From Callorhinchus milii (lineage: Eukaryota), in assembly GCF_018977255.1 (NCBI RefSeq), contig NW_024704749.1, forward strand, positions 6,634,001 to 6,698,000: a DNA stretch of 64,000 nucleotides. Reading direction: 5' to 3'. Made by a program: the position numbers and the translations under genes. The notes under the pieces are model-generated. The model had not been told where the DNA came from and ran no database searches. It saw only the letters and a list, made by a program, of their open reading frames with translations. Positions 49,134 to 63,657 of the stretch are shown here, one piece after another (within the stretch, counting starts at the first letter, position 1; each line of letters starts with the position of its first letter).

Positions 49134-50425
49134 CTTAATTTTAAGAAAGAATATTTATGAAGTGTCTGCAGCGAACAGATTACACATAAATGCAGATGGC
49201 ATTCTATCACACACGTACATATAGACCAGTGCTGGAGCTACATACATTAATGAGTTGCATTCAACAGAAGTTGCTTTGCAACAAATGCAACCAAAACTTA
49301 ATTTTCAATCTTTACATTCTCAGGAAGGTCAGTTGAGAGCAAAATGACTAGGGGAGAACTGATCCCTTCACTTATGACAGATATACACTACTTTGTGTTG
49401 ATTTGACATCTGTATAAATATATAGGCAACATATAGGTCTTTTGATGCATGGAGTTTCTTCTATATTTGGTGACTTCAGAAATACCCTTTCACTACTAAT
49501 AGAAGGCCCTATTGCACATAATTATTGTCAGTCATATTACAAGGAACAGATACTGTATAATTTCCAACATAATTAGTCAAAACGAGGGCACTCTATCTGC
49601 TAAGTCACAAATCAGCCCTATTTTTAAAAGCAATCAAATTTTTCATTTAAGATTCAATGATTGATTTAAGATTAATTGTTCTTGCCAGAAAGCAAGCCGT
49701 TTTGAAGCAAGTTATCAGCAGAATTATGCAGAATAATTTTTTTAAAAAGAAGTCCAGGACAAGCCAGTGTGTGATACAGTCATGGGAGGCATGGGTTTGA
49801 TCTTCTTCCCTCCCCCCTCCAGGTTGCTGAATTCTTGGTGTCAGTCAGCCAGTCAGCTATATAAAGTACGAAACAGAGGCCAGGTACCCAATCCGCTTTG
49901 GTTAAAAACGGAAAGCAATGAATCCTTGGAAACTTGCCTCAATAATATAAGATGGCAAGCAACCTTATGTTGGATGGGTTCAAATACTGGTCACTAAACA
50001 CTTTTCTCAACCCGGTGCCCAAACATGCTGGATACCACATTTAGATTTGGCCATATATACAAAGAACACAATTATACGTGGAGGCAATTACAGACAAAAC
50101 AAAACAGTCTGTGGCCTCATGTTTGCCTGCTCATGCATAAACTGAACTGTCGGAATCCATTAGTGACAGCAGTCGGTTTGATAGTGTGAATTGGAATTGC
50201 CCTCAAGCGCTTTTCAGGTTTCTTAAAAATGTTTGGCTAAAACTATTACATGTCTGAAGAGAAGAGAGTTGGCTGGTGTGATCAACTCTCAACTAGAAAG
50301 TTGTAGAATCACAGAATACCTAGATAATTTAGCGAATTTAATCTTGGGAAATATTTTAAGGGCGCTTTGCACTGGCGCTGGGGCATAGAAGGTTAAAGAC
50401 TCGAATTTCCACCTTTGTAACTTAC

Positions 50426-50509
50426 CAATGCAGGCAATTGCTGAGTCCTTCCTGTGTTTTTCTCCTTTACAGAAACCTCAGCTTGATCCAGGGGCAAGAC
50501 CGGAGGCAT
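50426..50509 (-). CDS. ASCC2: Activating signal cointegrator 1 complex subunit 2, coding exon 1/18
   Basis: MPPVLPLDQAEVSVKEKNTGRTQQLPAL; donor gtaag. The 18 exons total 2250 nt = 749 aa + stop. Confidence 0.92.
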
Positions 50510-50579
50510 GATGGGAACTTCCAAAAAACTGTATCACTACCACAAAAATCACATTTTGCAAAATTAAAACGAAACGCAA

Positions 50580-51850
50580 TACCGGTTTGAATTACGGCTT
50601 TTTTTTTTAAAAAGAAAAGCATGGATCGCATCCGTGGCGCTTTTTTTTCCATCCGCAAAAAATGAACGGTTGACCGATCTGTCTGTCCGGCCGGCCGGCA
50701 CCGCGCACGCAGAAATAGCTGCGCTCCCCCCACCCCACCACTCGTGGATTCGGTCTCACCTCGGACGTCGCGCTCTCGCAGCCAACACTAGCATTGACGA
50801 TCGCACCCTTCGCGCGGGGTGGTGTCCCGGATAAGCACCTTATCACATCTGCCACACATCTCTAAAGCAGGGCGGTACCGTAAAGTGAATTGACTGCATA
50901 TTCTGTGGGCCAAATGTTACCAGAGAGAGAGACAGAGAGAGAGAGACAGAGAGAGAGAGAGACAGAGAGAGTCGAGGTGACAGAAAAAAAAACCCGAGAC
51001 TGAGAGGAAGCCTCAAAGCGCCCATTTGCCGCCGTTTGTTATGGAGGAGCGCTTCCGGTTCGGAGGGCGTTTCCACGGAGCTCACGTGGCAACCGGTCAC
51101 CTTACATCACGTGAGCCCCGCGCGCGCGCACACACCCCGCGCAATTGCTGTGCGCTCCTGTCGTCCCGTGCCGTGACGTTGCAGTTTTGGTGGACGCTTC
51201 ACGCGCTCCCTCTCGCGCACGCGCGCTCTCCTCCTCACGCGCTCCCCTCCTCCTGGCTCTCTCTCGCTCGCTCGCACGCACGCACGCACGCGCGCGCGCG
51301 CGCGGGCGCTCTCTCCCTCCCCCCCCCTCACGCCCGCCTGGCGCTGTCTCCTCCTCTTTACACACACACACACACACGCCCCTCCCCTCCCGCCCGCCCG
51401 CCCGCCGGCCGCCGCCATGTTCTGAAGAAGGGACTCCATCTCCGTGTGTGTGTGTGTGTGTGGGGGGGACATTTGAAAGAATTTTTTTTTGACACAGAGA
51501 CTGTGCGTGTCCGTGTGCGTGCGTGCGTGTGTATAGGTGAGGCAGGGAATAATCGTCGTCGTTATCATCCGCATCACAATGGTGGTCGTTCTCGGGTGAA
51601 GGGGAGGGGCGTAAAGAGAGGACGGGGTGTGTGTGTGAGAGAGAGAGAGGGAGAGGTGGTGGTGGGGGGGTAAAGGCGGTTTCGTCCGTCGCGCACTGGA
51701 AAGGGAGAGTGTGAGAGAGAAGAGCGAGAGGCCCCGGCTTGGCCCGGTCTACATCGGCCTTTCCGTTCGGGGCCCGATCTCTCTGTGGCGGCGAGCAGCC
51801 GGTTTGGTTAATGGCCGCGGCGACCTTTCAGGTTAGTTTCCAAGTTTTTT
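50580..51850. promoter_or_regulatory. CpG island: ASCC2 promoter and probable divergent MTMR3 promoter/first exon
   Basis: High CpG; CACGTG at 51083 and 51108; ETS-type CTTCCGG; GCCGCCATG; minus-strand donor near 50760 (candidate ASCC2 non-coding exon); plus-strand donors near 51536 and 51830. MTMR3 assignment is from synteny only. Confidence 0.75.
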
Positions 51851-54800
51851 TTAATCTCTCCACACCCTCCACACACACACACACACACACCCCTACCTCC
51901 CAGCTTCTCTCTCTCTCTCTCCCTCCCTCCCTCCTCCCGGTGCCCTCCCTCCATCTTGACAACCGCAGTGACGGGAGCAACTTATTTATTTCTCCCACCT
52001 CTCTCTCTCTCTCTCTCTCTCTGTATATTTTATGTTTTACAATATTTATTACCTCCTTCAATAACTTCTCTTTCTCACCGGCAAAGGAAGCCCGATATGC
52101 TGGTTGCCTCTCTCTCTCTCTCTCTCCCCCCCCCCCCCCCCCCCACCACACACACAACCCGTCTGTACTCTCGTTTTGTGGTTTCCATTTTTATATATAT
52201 ATATAATATTAAAAAAACAAATCGGTGGATTGATGGGGAGAGACAGGGTAGGAAGGGGTTGGTTGTTGGTGTGGTCGGAGCTCAGCTGATGCAGCCGCTG
52301 TCCAACGTGGCTGTTTTCAACTGAGCAATTAGATATTTTTATTCTCACTTGGGAAATGTTGCTTATCCCTTCATGTTCCCCCTTCCCTCCTATTTGGGGG
52401 AGAAATCTTAGCACCGAATGCGTTTACAGTAACCTATTTCATCTTATATTGTTGTTATTGTTTAGATCAGAATGTTTAAAAAAAACTGAATCTGCAGTTT
52501 TCTTATTTTATCAAAATACTATTGCAAGTTTTATTGGTAAATATTGGAAACGTGCTGTGTGGTACACAGTTTTTTTCTGTACTGCTTAAATATTGGTTTA
52601 TTTTTTATAATGACAACACTGTTTATTTTGGTATTCAATTAATTAGTTATTTAGCCTTTTGCTTGGAAGAAAACAATATGCAACTTGTACTGAATATTAT
52701 GTGCTAATGAATTTTCCTGAAACTAACTGTTAGGATTGTATTGATGAGTGATTCATATATATTACACTGAATATTATAAATCAAGTAAAAACAGTGTATT
52801 ATTTTAAGAAAAACATTTATTCTTATCTGATGTTTTTACAAGCCTGACCCAGTAGCTTCTTGTTATTTCATGTAAAATAATACAAATTCACCAGTTGCCT
52901 AAGTTGAAGATTTATAAGAAACCCTGACAGCTATAAAGGCAGTGGTAAGGAAATCTCAATGGTAACGAACAATATGAAGTTTAATAGTAAAGCTTACAAA
53001 TGAGAAGAAAACCTTGTCCACAAATGGATGGGAGAGTCTTGAGGTTTTAGCATACCTTTAGGTTTGTGTGACATTTTAGACTCCTTCAATATTGCTCTAT
53101 TAGTCCTTGATTTCTTATAGATCCAGGGTAAATTCCAGCTTTGTAACACTGGGTTTCATCTGGATTTCACCAATAATAATCTGCCACTCAAATTTACTTT
53201 TTAAAATGGAATTCACAAATTAATAATAATCTTTGCATTTGATATAGTACCTTGTCGTGTCTTCACGACGTCTCAAAGTGCCTCACAGAATATACTGTAA
53301 AGGAATTGACTGTATTTTGTGGGCCATAGAAGTATTACTGTCCCATGAGATTGTGAAAACAATTAAACTAGTGTGAATGTCTGTGATTTCAGTATCAAGT
53401 TGAATATTTAGGGAAAAATAATATTTGTGTAATTAGTAATAAGCTGTACACAGGGGTCTTAAACTGATTGACAGTGAAGAGAGGATATTGATGCTTTGAC
53501 CTTTTGAAGTCAACATATTAAACATTGTTTGTTGGATTCTGTGTCGTGCTACTTAGTAAACCTAAAGACCTGCAGTAAGCATTTAAACTTCAGTAATGAT
53601 CACCTGAGGGCTTCGGCAGATGTTTAATTTTTTAAATAAAGGAAAAATGTGTTGCTCTGTTTCATAATCCTAACCAAATAGCATTTAGTATTTTTTAAAC
53701 ATCTGTTGTAAATTATAATCCCAATTTACATCCCTGAATTGGCAAATAAAATCTAATTAGAATTGAAGTGCTATATATAATATAGAGATTTTGTTTTAAA
53801 ATATTATTTATTATTTTGGAACTTGTGCAGTTCTGTCGTTTTGCTGTTTATGAAAATTAATTGAATATTTTTTGCATGATGCCTCTAAATCAGTTAGACA
53901 TCATAGTACTTTTTAAAAATATTCTTTTGTCAAGACTGCTTTTTTTAAAAGGTAATTGACAATTCTATATCATTGATCCATCCATATGGTAGTCTCTTGA
54001 GATTGCAATTTAATGTCATTCAGAATATGTGTTTGCTGTGTACTACAAAATTGATGCTATGCACAAAGCCACTTTCAGAGTTGATCAGACAGTCTGCTGA
54101 TTCCCAATCTTGAGTGCCAGGGAGGTTAAGTTTCTCTCCTCCCTTTTCCGAAAATCCTGTGACTCATGGTGAGGTATAGTTCCATAAGATTAGCCGCCTT
54201 TCATTATCTTGTACAAGTTGCAATATTTTGCTTGTGAATTTGAACAGTGAAAAAGTGGATGATTCTGTCTTCAGCCAGTGGCCAGAGGTTTTTAAAAAGC
54301 TTTCATGTAGAAAACCAGAAAGGGAAAACAATTTGCATTAAAAGTGTTTCCTTCCGCCTAACTCATTAAAAGGTAATACTAAACTATTTCTGATTGACGG
54401 ATCAGCATTGCCTTTCTAAATGTGTTTTTAGGGAGGTTAAGGTGTGACATCTCATCATCCAGCTTTCTGCTGCTCTGTTCCTGTTAAGCTTACTTATCTT
54501 GCATATGTAATGTATGTGTCTCAGCTACGACAGCACTCAGATCAATTACAAGATCACTTTTTTTTAAAGCTTTCAGATCCATATTTAGTTAGCAATTGTG
54601 ATGAGTTGCCCAGTTGGGGATTCTGTCTTTGAAGATAGAATTTTTTTCTGAAGGTGCCTTGTATTCAAAATTTTATTGAAAATATAAATTGTGACCAAGA
54701 ATTCATGTAAAAGGGTTAGGTTTACCTACTACTGTACCTTTATGTGAATGTAAAGTATTTATTTTGATCAAAAATGCTTGAAATAACGTTGATGCTGTAG

Positions 54801-56472
54801 TTGACAAAGAAAATTATTATGGAGTAATATACTACACGGTAACTTTTAAAATATTAGATATTCTAACCAAGTAAAATTACACAGCTAGAAATGGCTACCT
54901 CATAAAATTGACTTTGTAGTTGCTGGGAGCACAGAAATATTTGGACAACATGTAATAGGATACTAACATGCTGCAGGGTTCCAATAGCCTTTGGCATGCT
55001 TCATGGTGTGATGGCGAACATTTCTACTTTTAAGGTTCTACTACAGAATTCGAAGTGACAGGAGTGTCCGCAAGAGAATTTCTCGCAATATGCACAAACG
55101 GACATCAATTGTTACAAGTTCTCCAGTTGCTGTGAAAAATACTAATGCATTATTTGGAACCATGCAGTAAATTTAGTTGACCACAAATTACAGTAGCATC
55201 TGCTTAATTTCTGTTGTGGTTCAATTTGACTGTGGTTGGTTAATCTGATGCTTGTTTTCATGTCTGATCCATAATTTTTAAATCAATAATTTTCCACTGA
55301 CCACCCGGCGGGCGGTGTGACCTTGTGACTTGATCACCTTGCAACTGTTCATGATACATCTGTTAGGTTTTGCAACACAATGGACTACAGGAAGAAGTCA
55401 GAGAATATTGAAAAATAACAGTTGTATTTTATGAACTAAATATGTACAGTGCTGATCTATTTTTTTTATTACATGACCCATTATAATCCGAAATTTGATT
55501 TAATGGACAAAAACCTTTGCATTATAATAGTGTTCTGCTGTAATACTGCGTTCATAGTCTTCTAGTAGTTCAATCAATTGGTCACTCTTTATGGGATAAG
55601 TGTCTTAGTCAACACTGATCCTGTTCTTGCCCAGCCTCTGTAACCATATTTTCACACAGGAATTGCTGGATAAGCAATCATGAGCAGAATCAGTAAGCTT
55701 TCATTTTTTCTCTCTAGCCTAGAGACACTGGCTAATTATAGTGACCCCAATGTTGTCCTGTCTGAGAGAAATAAATTTAGCACAAACCAGCCAAACAGCA
55801 GGGTTATTACCTAAATATCTAAAGAAAACTCATCAGTACCTAAAGAATATTGTTTTTGCATTCATACCCATGAATATGCTTTTCTGTTTAGTTGTTCAAG
55901 GAATAGACAAACAGTGGGACATAGCTGTAGAACTTTCAATAGCATCAAATCGATTGCATTTTTATTGATTTGCTTTCAACCAGAGTGTGCAATGATTTGG
56001 ATTTGCAATGGTGCAGACTAGATTAATTCACAAATGAGTTCACATTGGCAATTACTATCAACATAGAGACTACGCAGTATTGATAAAGAAGAAAGGGTGC
56101 TTGGGCAGAGGTTGGAATTTTCATTTTTGATTTGTAGAGATGAGCCAAAGGGTCATTTTTAGTGTAGCGAAAGCTTTCTCAACTAATTTAGTGTTGGACT
56201 GATCACTGATTTGGCTGCTGGTGAATTCAAGAGCAAATTCCTTTCCATTGTCTCCTGTTGGTGAAGTACTTTTGTGGATAGACTTTGTTTCCCACAATAT
56301 CCACAAGTTTAAGGTTACAGTATTACTAAGTTAAGTTTCAATAACTATTGGTAAACTGTTAAAAATTTGTTACATGGAGTTAGTACTAAATCAGAGGGGT
56401 AGATGGACATTTTATTTTGTTGTGAACTGTGAAACCCTTTAAGGTAATCTTTTAGATGAAAGTCATTGTATG

Positions 56473-56776
56473 AATCCTTGCATTTGATATAGTGCTTTTC
56501 ACGTCTTCTAGACATCTCAGAGCTCTTCACAGAATATACTGTAAAGTGAATTAACCATATATTTGTGGGCAAAACGCGGCAGCGAATTGCACACAGCAGT
56601 GTCCCACAACCAATCGTGGATTGAAGCGACCAATTTTATTATTGTTTTTTTTCTTGAGGAATTATCATCAGGCGTGTGGAGTAAGGAAATTTGGCCAAGG
56701 TTTCGCCCTGTCAGGAATCAAACCAAAGTCTCTCACTTGTGAGGCGAGCGCTCTAACCACTGAGCTACAGCATTCC
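56473..56776 (-). mobile_element. SINE, full length
   Basis: Reverse-complement tRNA head, core and tail. Confidence 0.85.
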
Positions 56777-59700
56777 TAAAGGACTCTTATAATGTAAACT
56801 GCAATGGGAGTAATTTTGCCATAGCTTTCACTCATAAACTTAATTTGTGTGTATCTTAATCTGAGAGTTTTGAATGTAGTAATGTGTGCAAAAAATTTGC
56901 ATCAAGAAGTTTAATATGATCAGGTCAGACACAAAACGCATTCCAGCTAAATCACAGATATGCATATACGTATTGCAATGAGTCTTGAAAATGTATTGCC
57001 TTACTAATTGATTTTTTTTTAAAATTTTTGGGGAAGGGGGGTGTTGAGGTGAACTCAACAGTTGGATGAAATTTTCAAACTGGAGTGTTTGTTTTAATGA
57101 GTCTGCCGTAGTTTCCACTAATGGATGTGAGTCTAGTTTTAGGTTCGACGGTCCTCTGAAATATTTCCACTGTTGTGATGGAACTTGTTTACAAAACTTC
57201 ACACGGGCACATCCTTTGCAGTCTAGGTTTGCTATTGACTGCAGAGGGTGAATTACACTTTGTAGAAATAAAGATTTGGTTATAGAAATGCAACCTGTGA
57301 ATTTTTTTACTTTTGTTTTTCCTTAAAGTAGAGTATCATCCTCATAAGAAAGTGGTGGACAAATAGTCAAATGTGGTATAAGTAGATAAGCTGTCAGGGA
57401 GGCACAGAAGAATTATCAGGGTGGAAAACTAACATTGCAACTTGGTGTTAAGATAAAGAAGTCTCCATGTGACCTTTGCTGCCAATAATTCACTTAAGAC
57501 AGTTACAGTCAACATCTGAAACCAGATAGTTTAGTACACAAATGACTTGTTTTAGCAGTTGTAAAAGTTCTATCTTCAACTATTTCAATAGAAACCAAAC
57601 ATCATGCTGTCCACAGATATCAGTAAATAATTACTTTATTTTCTTGATTTCTTTCTTTATTTTTATTTACAGTTTGAAATGTGAACAGATTGATCTGGCT
57701 GTACTTCAATTCTGTGGACTGAGTGTTTTTTAGAAAATTGTAGACATTGGTTTCGATTAGAATAAAAATAACATAACATTGGAAGAAGATTACACTTTAC
57801 AAGTGGAAAATATTTGGAAGGGGGTTGAGCTGTTTGTGAATGCTGTGGGGTGTTGTACTATAAATAACAGCATGCATTAATTGCAAGGCACAGAGATTGT
57901 GATGAGCCTACTCATCACCAAGATGCTCGAATGCAGTTGATGTGCAAGATGTAATACACAAAGCTACCCTTTGCTGGGGTATCCTGACTTATTTTAGAAA
58001 AGCACATGTATGCAAGCATCACATTTGAACGTTTTTTCTCCTTTGTGACTTGAATGATTGATTGTATTTAAAATAACTTTCCGTACAACTCTTAGCCTAG
58101 CCAATTGGTATTAATTACACGTAGAGTGTTCGACTTCCCTCACAAAAGGACTGCTTTGCATGTATGCTTTAAAGATAACTAAGTAGCCATGGGAACGTAA
58201 TGAACTCTTTAGCGGCAGACATTTCCTGTTTTGAGGGGCACGGATAAAACATTGCTAATCTTAAATGTACAGCACAAAGTGATGCACAAGGACTTTTTTT
58301 TGGTAGTAAATGCTGTAGAAGTGGGAGATATTCAGTATGATGTTGAACAGCATGCTTGCTAATTTTTATTCATTAAAAAGGAAGATTTTCTACAATTTTA
58401 TTAACTACAATTTTCCATTTAATTATGTAATTAAAAGGCAATAATTCTTCATTTATTTAAACCAGATATAGTAATTTACAATATCCAGACAATTATTATA
58501 CCCAGTAGAATAGACATTGATCATTTTTACTTTTAAATTTGCACCATGACAAATTGCAAAATAGTCCAGAGAAGTTAATAGTTGAGTAGCAATTTGCTAC
58601 ATTTAAAACTCTTAACATACAGTGGAATTGTTTTTCTCGGGTTAGCAAGTTTTATTTCATTTTGTGTTTTCATCGGGGCACTAAACAAGTATTAATGTTA
58701 CAGAAAAAAGGTTCTTGTTCCAAGAGTGAGCTTATTGCTGTAATAATATCAATGTAAAATAAGCATAACTAGTATAGTAATGTAATTGCAAATGAACAGA
58801 TGGAGGTTTATTTAGTAAAGGTAACATAATTTTGATTTCACTTTCTAAAAGACTAGCCAGAAAAGATAATGGCAAGATTAAAAGTTAAGAAAGCAGGAAA
58901 AAATGCTTTGTCCTCAGTGATAGTATGTTAAAGGCAAGCTCTTAATTCACAAAGAACCGTCATAATGAGCATGTTATTGTCTTGACTTTCATGTAATAAT
59001 TTCTCTACTCCTTAGCATTGAGTCATATCAATTATAGTATACTGCTGCAGTTGAATCTTAAAATGTTATCACGTCAGTTTGTCTCTAGACTTTGTTCATA
59101 GGACAATTAGGAGTTCATATTGGGCTATGTGTTTATATACAACACCAAGCAAAGACCTTATTGCTTTGATTAATGCATTGGAGTGAACAATTCTAAAGCA
59201 GGTATTTGGAAATGTGTCAATCTTCAACAGAGTTGCCTTTGTGTTCTGAACTGACTCTGCAACTTGATTAAATTCCAGGACAGACTATGAAAAACTTCAT
59301 TGAATATTAACATGAGCTTGGAGGAACGGTGGAAATAAACAGATCTGCTTATTAGAATGTGTTGGTATTCTTCTGCCCTTTACTGCAAGACAACATTTTT
59401 TACAGAGCATTCATGTGGACATCCAGCCATTGCTGTATTTATCCTACCTAGAGAAATGTGACCTTGGCTATTCTATATTAACAGTTTAAAAACACAGTTA
59501 ATATATACTTTTTTCAATATATATCAAATGCAAGGATTATGATTATTATTTGTCTAAATATTCAATTACCATAATGAAATTCATATGGGTAAACATTGAA
59601 GAGATAACCAACCAAAGCATTTTAATAAATTTAGCTTAGAATGTGGAATGGTTTAAATTCCAGTGATGAAGTGAACCAAAGTCCCGGACAGTGATCTCTG

Positions 59701-62700
59701 AAATGGAATTCTATAAACCAACAATGATTAGTGCTTGTAATTTTAGGTTGGGTACTACATCTGGCTTTATGACAAGAATTTTGCAGACTGCTGTAGAAAG
59801 CAACTTCTGGACTGAACTGTTTTGGCTAGACTGACGTCAGATTTCCTGTTCTTTCTCTTGTAATCGCTTCATCCAGCAACAGAACACTTTGATAATAATA
59901 TCCTAAAAAACTGCATTGCACGAAGAATTAAAATATTCACTGTAAAATGCTTGTGTATATATGTAATTTCATGTAGTAAAGCGTAATTAAATCTGCAAGT
60001 GGCATTGCTGATATGCTCTCAGTACTCGGCATCAAGATACCTCGAGAAAATGCTGTCAGGTGTCCTTTGAAAGTCTTGACTCCATAGTGTCAAGGCCATT
60101 ACCCATACAATATCTAACAAAAGTGATCAGAAATTTCTCAATCTGAGTGGTGCTCATGGCTCAACAGATGTGAGGTTAGCACACAAATTTCTCCTTTTAG
60201 AATAAAGGCATCATTTGGCACTTAAGTTGAAAGTCTTTTGCCTACAAAGGGTGAGTGTTCATTGAGCAGGGCTAGTGAAGATGTAAGTAAATCTTGCAGA
60301 ATAGTTGGACTTGCAGTTGTTTTTATCTTGTGAAAAGTTTTGTAGCTGATTAACTTAATTCTGCTTGTTTCGGCTGTTATTCAAGCAATTCAAAATTGAA
60401 ATGGATTCTCGCATTTAGAAACAGGATTAGAAGGCTACTTGCCATCTACATTTTTTTTTAAAAATTGCTTTGTGGAGTAACTTGGAGCTATGATGAATAG
60501 AACCATTAATGGAACACCATTTAAAACTCTTGAAAGCTATCAAATTAGTAACATTTGGTTTGGCTTCTGGAGAAGTATGATTGGCCCTCGGATCTTTTCT
60601 AATTGTATGAGAATTAATTTTTTTCTAAAATCGTCATGATAGCATTAAGATGCTTGAATTATTATTTAGCTTTGAGCGACACAGCTTTGCACAGTGTAAC
60701 TGCAGTTTTATCAAAATTTCTGTTGCTATCTTTCTTTACAAGAATCTGTTAAATATTTTTTTCTACATGGTTGGTATGCCGAGCTTTAATTTTGCTTGTG
60801 TAAAATAAGTTATAACTAGGAAACTTTACTGTAACTAGCAAAGTGAAATATGTCTGGACTGATAATAAAATGGCTTGATGGAACAAGATTGACCAAACAA
60901 AAAGCTTTTATGTATTTTTGAGTGGAAAGTTGAAATATTTGTGCTGCTTCATCAAATGATATTGACACTCCCAGTCAAAGATTTTGTGCTGTAGTTGCCC
61001 AAATACTTTGCATGAATACTATATGTGAAACAAAATTAAGGAATTGATAGTGTTGTACACTTACAGAAATATTGCCCTCATCTTTCAGACTAGATTTGGC
61101 ACTACATTTTCCCTGTTTTTTTTTAAAAATCACTTATGGACAATATTTGTATACCAAAGCGTATACTTACTTATACTATTTTTGAGAGTGTTGTAGAAAT
61201 GACATTTTTGGCTAAGGGCCTTTGACTGTGTCAACATTTAACCTGTCTCCTTATTAAGTCTTCTTAATAGCAAAGGGATTAAAGAGAAAATATTTGTTTT
61301 CCAGGTTTCAATGTGACCTGCTTCACGGAATAAGATTTTGTGCGGGGGAAAGTCATTCAGTATTTGACTATTTTTAGGTGAGCTAATTTTTAATTCTTGA
61401 CATTTTTATAAAGGGGGATATTTGTATTAAGAATTTTAGCTGAACAAAATATGAATGTGATACAGATCCTATGAATTTTTTTGCGAATACATAATGAAAT
61501 ATTTGTGCATTTGTTTTTGAGGCCCATGAATCAAAATTTCATAATTTTGACTGTGCAATATTAGTTCCTGAGATTACCAGTTGCATCTTAACAGAAATGC
61601 AAATCCTTCCATTTGATATAGTCTCCAGGCATCTAAAGTACTTCACGGAATTTCACTGTAAAGTGCAGTAATTATGTATTTTGCAGGTGTACGTGGTAGC
61701 AACTTTATGTGCAGCAATGTCCAACAAAAAGCTATGTAGTGAATGTTCATTTTTTTGGTGGGGGCATTGTTTCAACAAATTTTATAATGATCTATTGTTA
61801 CATTTTGTACAGCTATCTCTTCACACAGGTACAATTACATAAATTAATCATGTGCTAATTCGCTTTTCAGATTCTTAAGTAAAACTGAGGTACAGAGAGG
61901 TAACGCTGGGGAAGTTGAACGTAGTACAATACATTGGGATTGACATGGTAAGCTGGCTATTATTGTGTGTAGTATTTTCGGCTAAGGTATTCTGCTGAGT
62001 TTGCTTCCATCCTTCAAGGACATTCTATCCTATGGACAGTTTCTCAGCTTTTTTGAACATGATATCTCAATAAACATCCACATAATGCCATGCCTTGTAC
62101 CCATTACCTCCGCTCCAAAACAGTTGAGTCCTTTTTTTCTTTGCCTGGATTAGTGCGGTCGTGCTTCTGCATTGCATTTTGTCCACATTGTGTGCTTTTT
62201 TAAAACTTGGTGATTTGATTTCTTTTATGGGTGCTGTCTGACTTGACTGAATTCAATAGGATTGTCTGGGTTTGACTATTAAATTTTTTTTAAAAATTCA
62301 AACTACTGATTGTATTTTTTCTGAGTCTTCCAAACTTTCATGTATTATAGTAGCTTTAAGTGAATGGGTTGAATTCTAAACCAGTTAGTTAACACTATAA
62401 TCCAAGAAACCTTAAAAGCTTTTCACGTGTGCAGGGACCAAGGTTTATCAAAAATATAATAGCAGAATTGTGGAATTTTGGCAGTTTTGTTTTCAGTACC
62501 CACATGTAAGAGAGGCATCCCATCCAAATGTTGTTGAAAACAGAAGAATGTTTTCCTCAAAGTTCTGCATTGTTCATCTTTTTTCCTGACCCAAGCTATT
62601 GCGAAGGCATTTATGACAAACCTAAAGAGAGTAGCTGGTTCATTCCAAATCTCTTCTCGACTCTAATCTGCATTCTGTATTGAAGGCAGCACTCGGGAAG

Positions 62701-63657
62701 AATGCATGCATTAGTACAGAGCACACTAACACCAAGATGGGTCTAAACACCTAAGCAAGAAAAATATGCCTTTGTAATCGCTGTGAAGTCCCATAGCTAG
62801 TAGTGTGGTTCAACGTTAGTGAAGAGACTGGCAACCTGCTATATATTACCTAGACTGTAAAACAATATTTTGTTTAGAAAGATCTTCTGTATTTATACCA
62901 TCTCACCATGCCATGTTCTCTTCAGATCACTTGACACATACTCAAATGTAGTGATTGTTTTTGTAGGCTAGCTCAGCCACCATTTGCACCATTAGGATAC
63001 CAGCCATGAGGTAAATAAATCTCGAGGGTTGATGGGCGGACACTAGAAGAAATTCCCTTCTCTTTTTGAATTTTGTTACGAGATCTCTTAACATTCATTC
63101 TAAAAGCAACCAGATGGGCCTCCGTAAAGATTTACTGTACTGCACAGGAGTGTCAGCATGAACTCTGCTTGTGTGCCAACATGTGTGACTTTCATATTAG
63201 TAATAAGGACAAGACTATGTTGGATAAATATATTTTGGGTATAATCTACCATATTGATAGGTTCACTTTGCATATGTTGTCAGTTTCACTTTTTGAACTT
63301 CAAGAGGGTGGGGGATTGTTTAGTATGTCAGTGGACTCGTGGGGGAGCGGTGGGGGTTGAAGATGAGTGGGGATTGGAGCAGTGATTTGTTGTTGCAGTT
63401 TAAGAATGGGTATTCAGTGCCAGCGCCTTTGCATACATCTACTAGCCCATGGTTCTTGTAGATTCTGAGAGGTTATAGGGTTGTAGGGCATTATAGAGTT
63501 GTGTGACTGTAGGATTGCAAACCTGGGGCAATCTTATAGGAAATGTATCCATGCTTTCTGGTATTTTTCTAGCCCAGGTGAATTAAAGGCTTTTCATCAG
63601 TAGTTGCTCTCATGGATAAGGAAAAATGTATTCTATGGTTGTTAGCTGCCAGGTGCC

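Noticed and set aside
51026-52414. GC-rich ORFs of 90-215 aa
   Set aside because: Low-complexity translations of CpG-island and microsatellite sequence with no recognisable domain
52000-63650. MTMR3 coding exons
   Set aside because: No myotubularin or PH-GRAM-like peptide seen; candidate splice sites (e.g. CTCATG|GTGAGG near 54168) cannot be validated by eye
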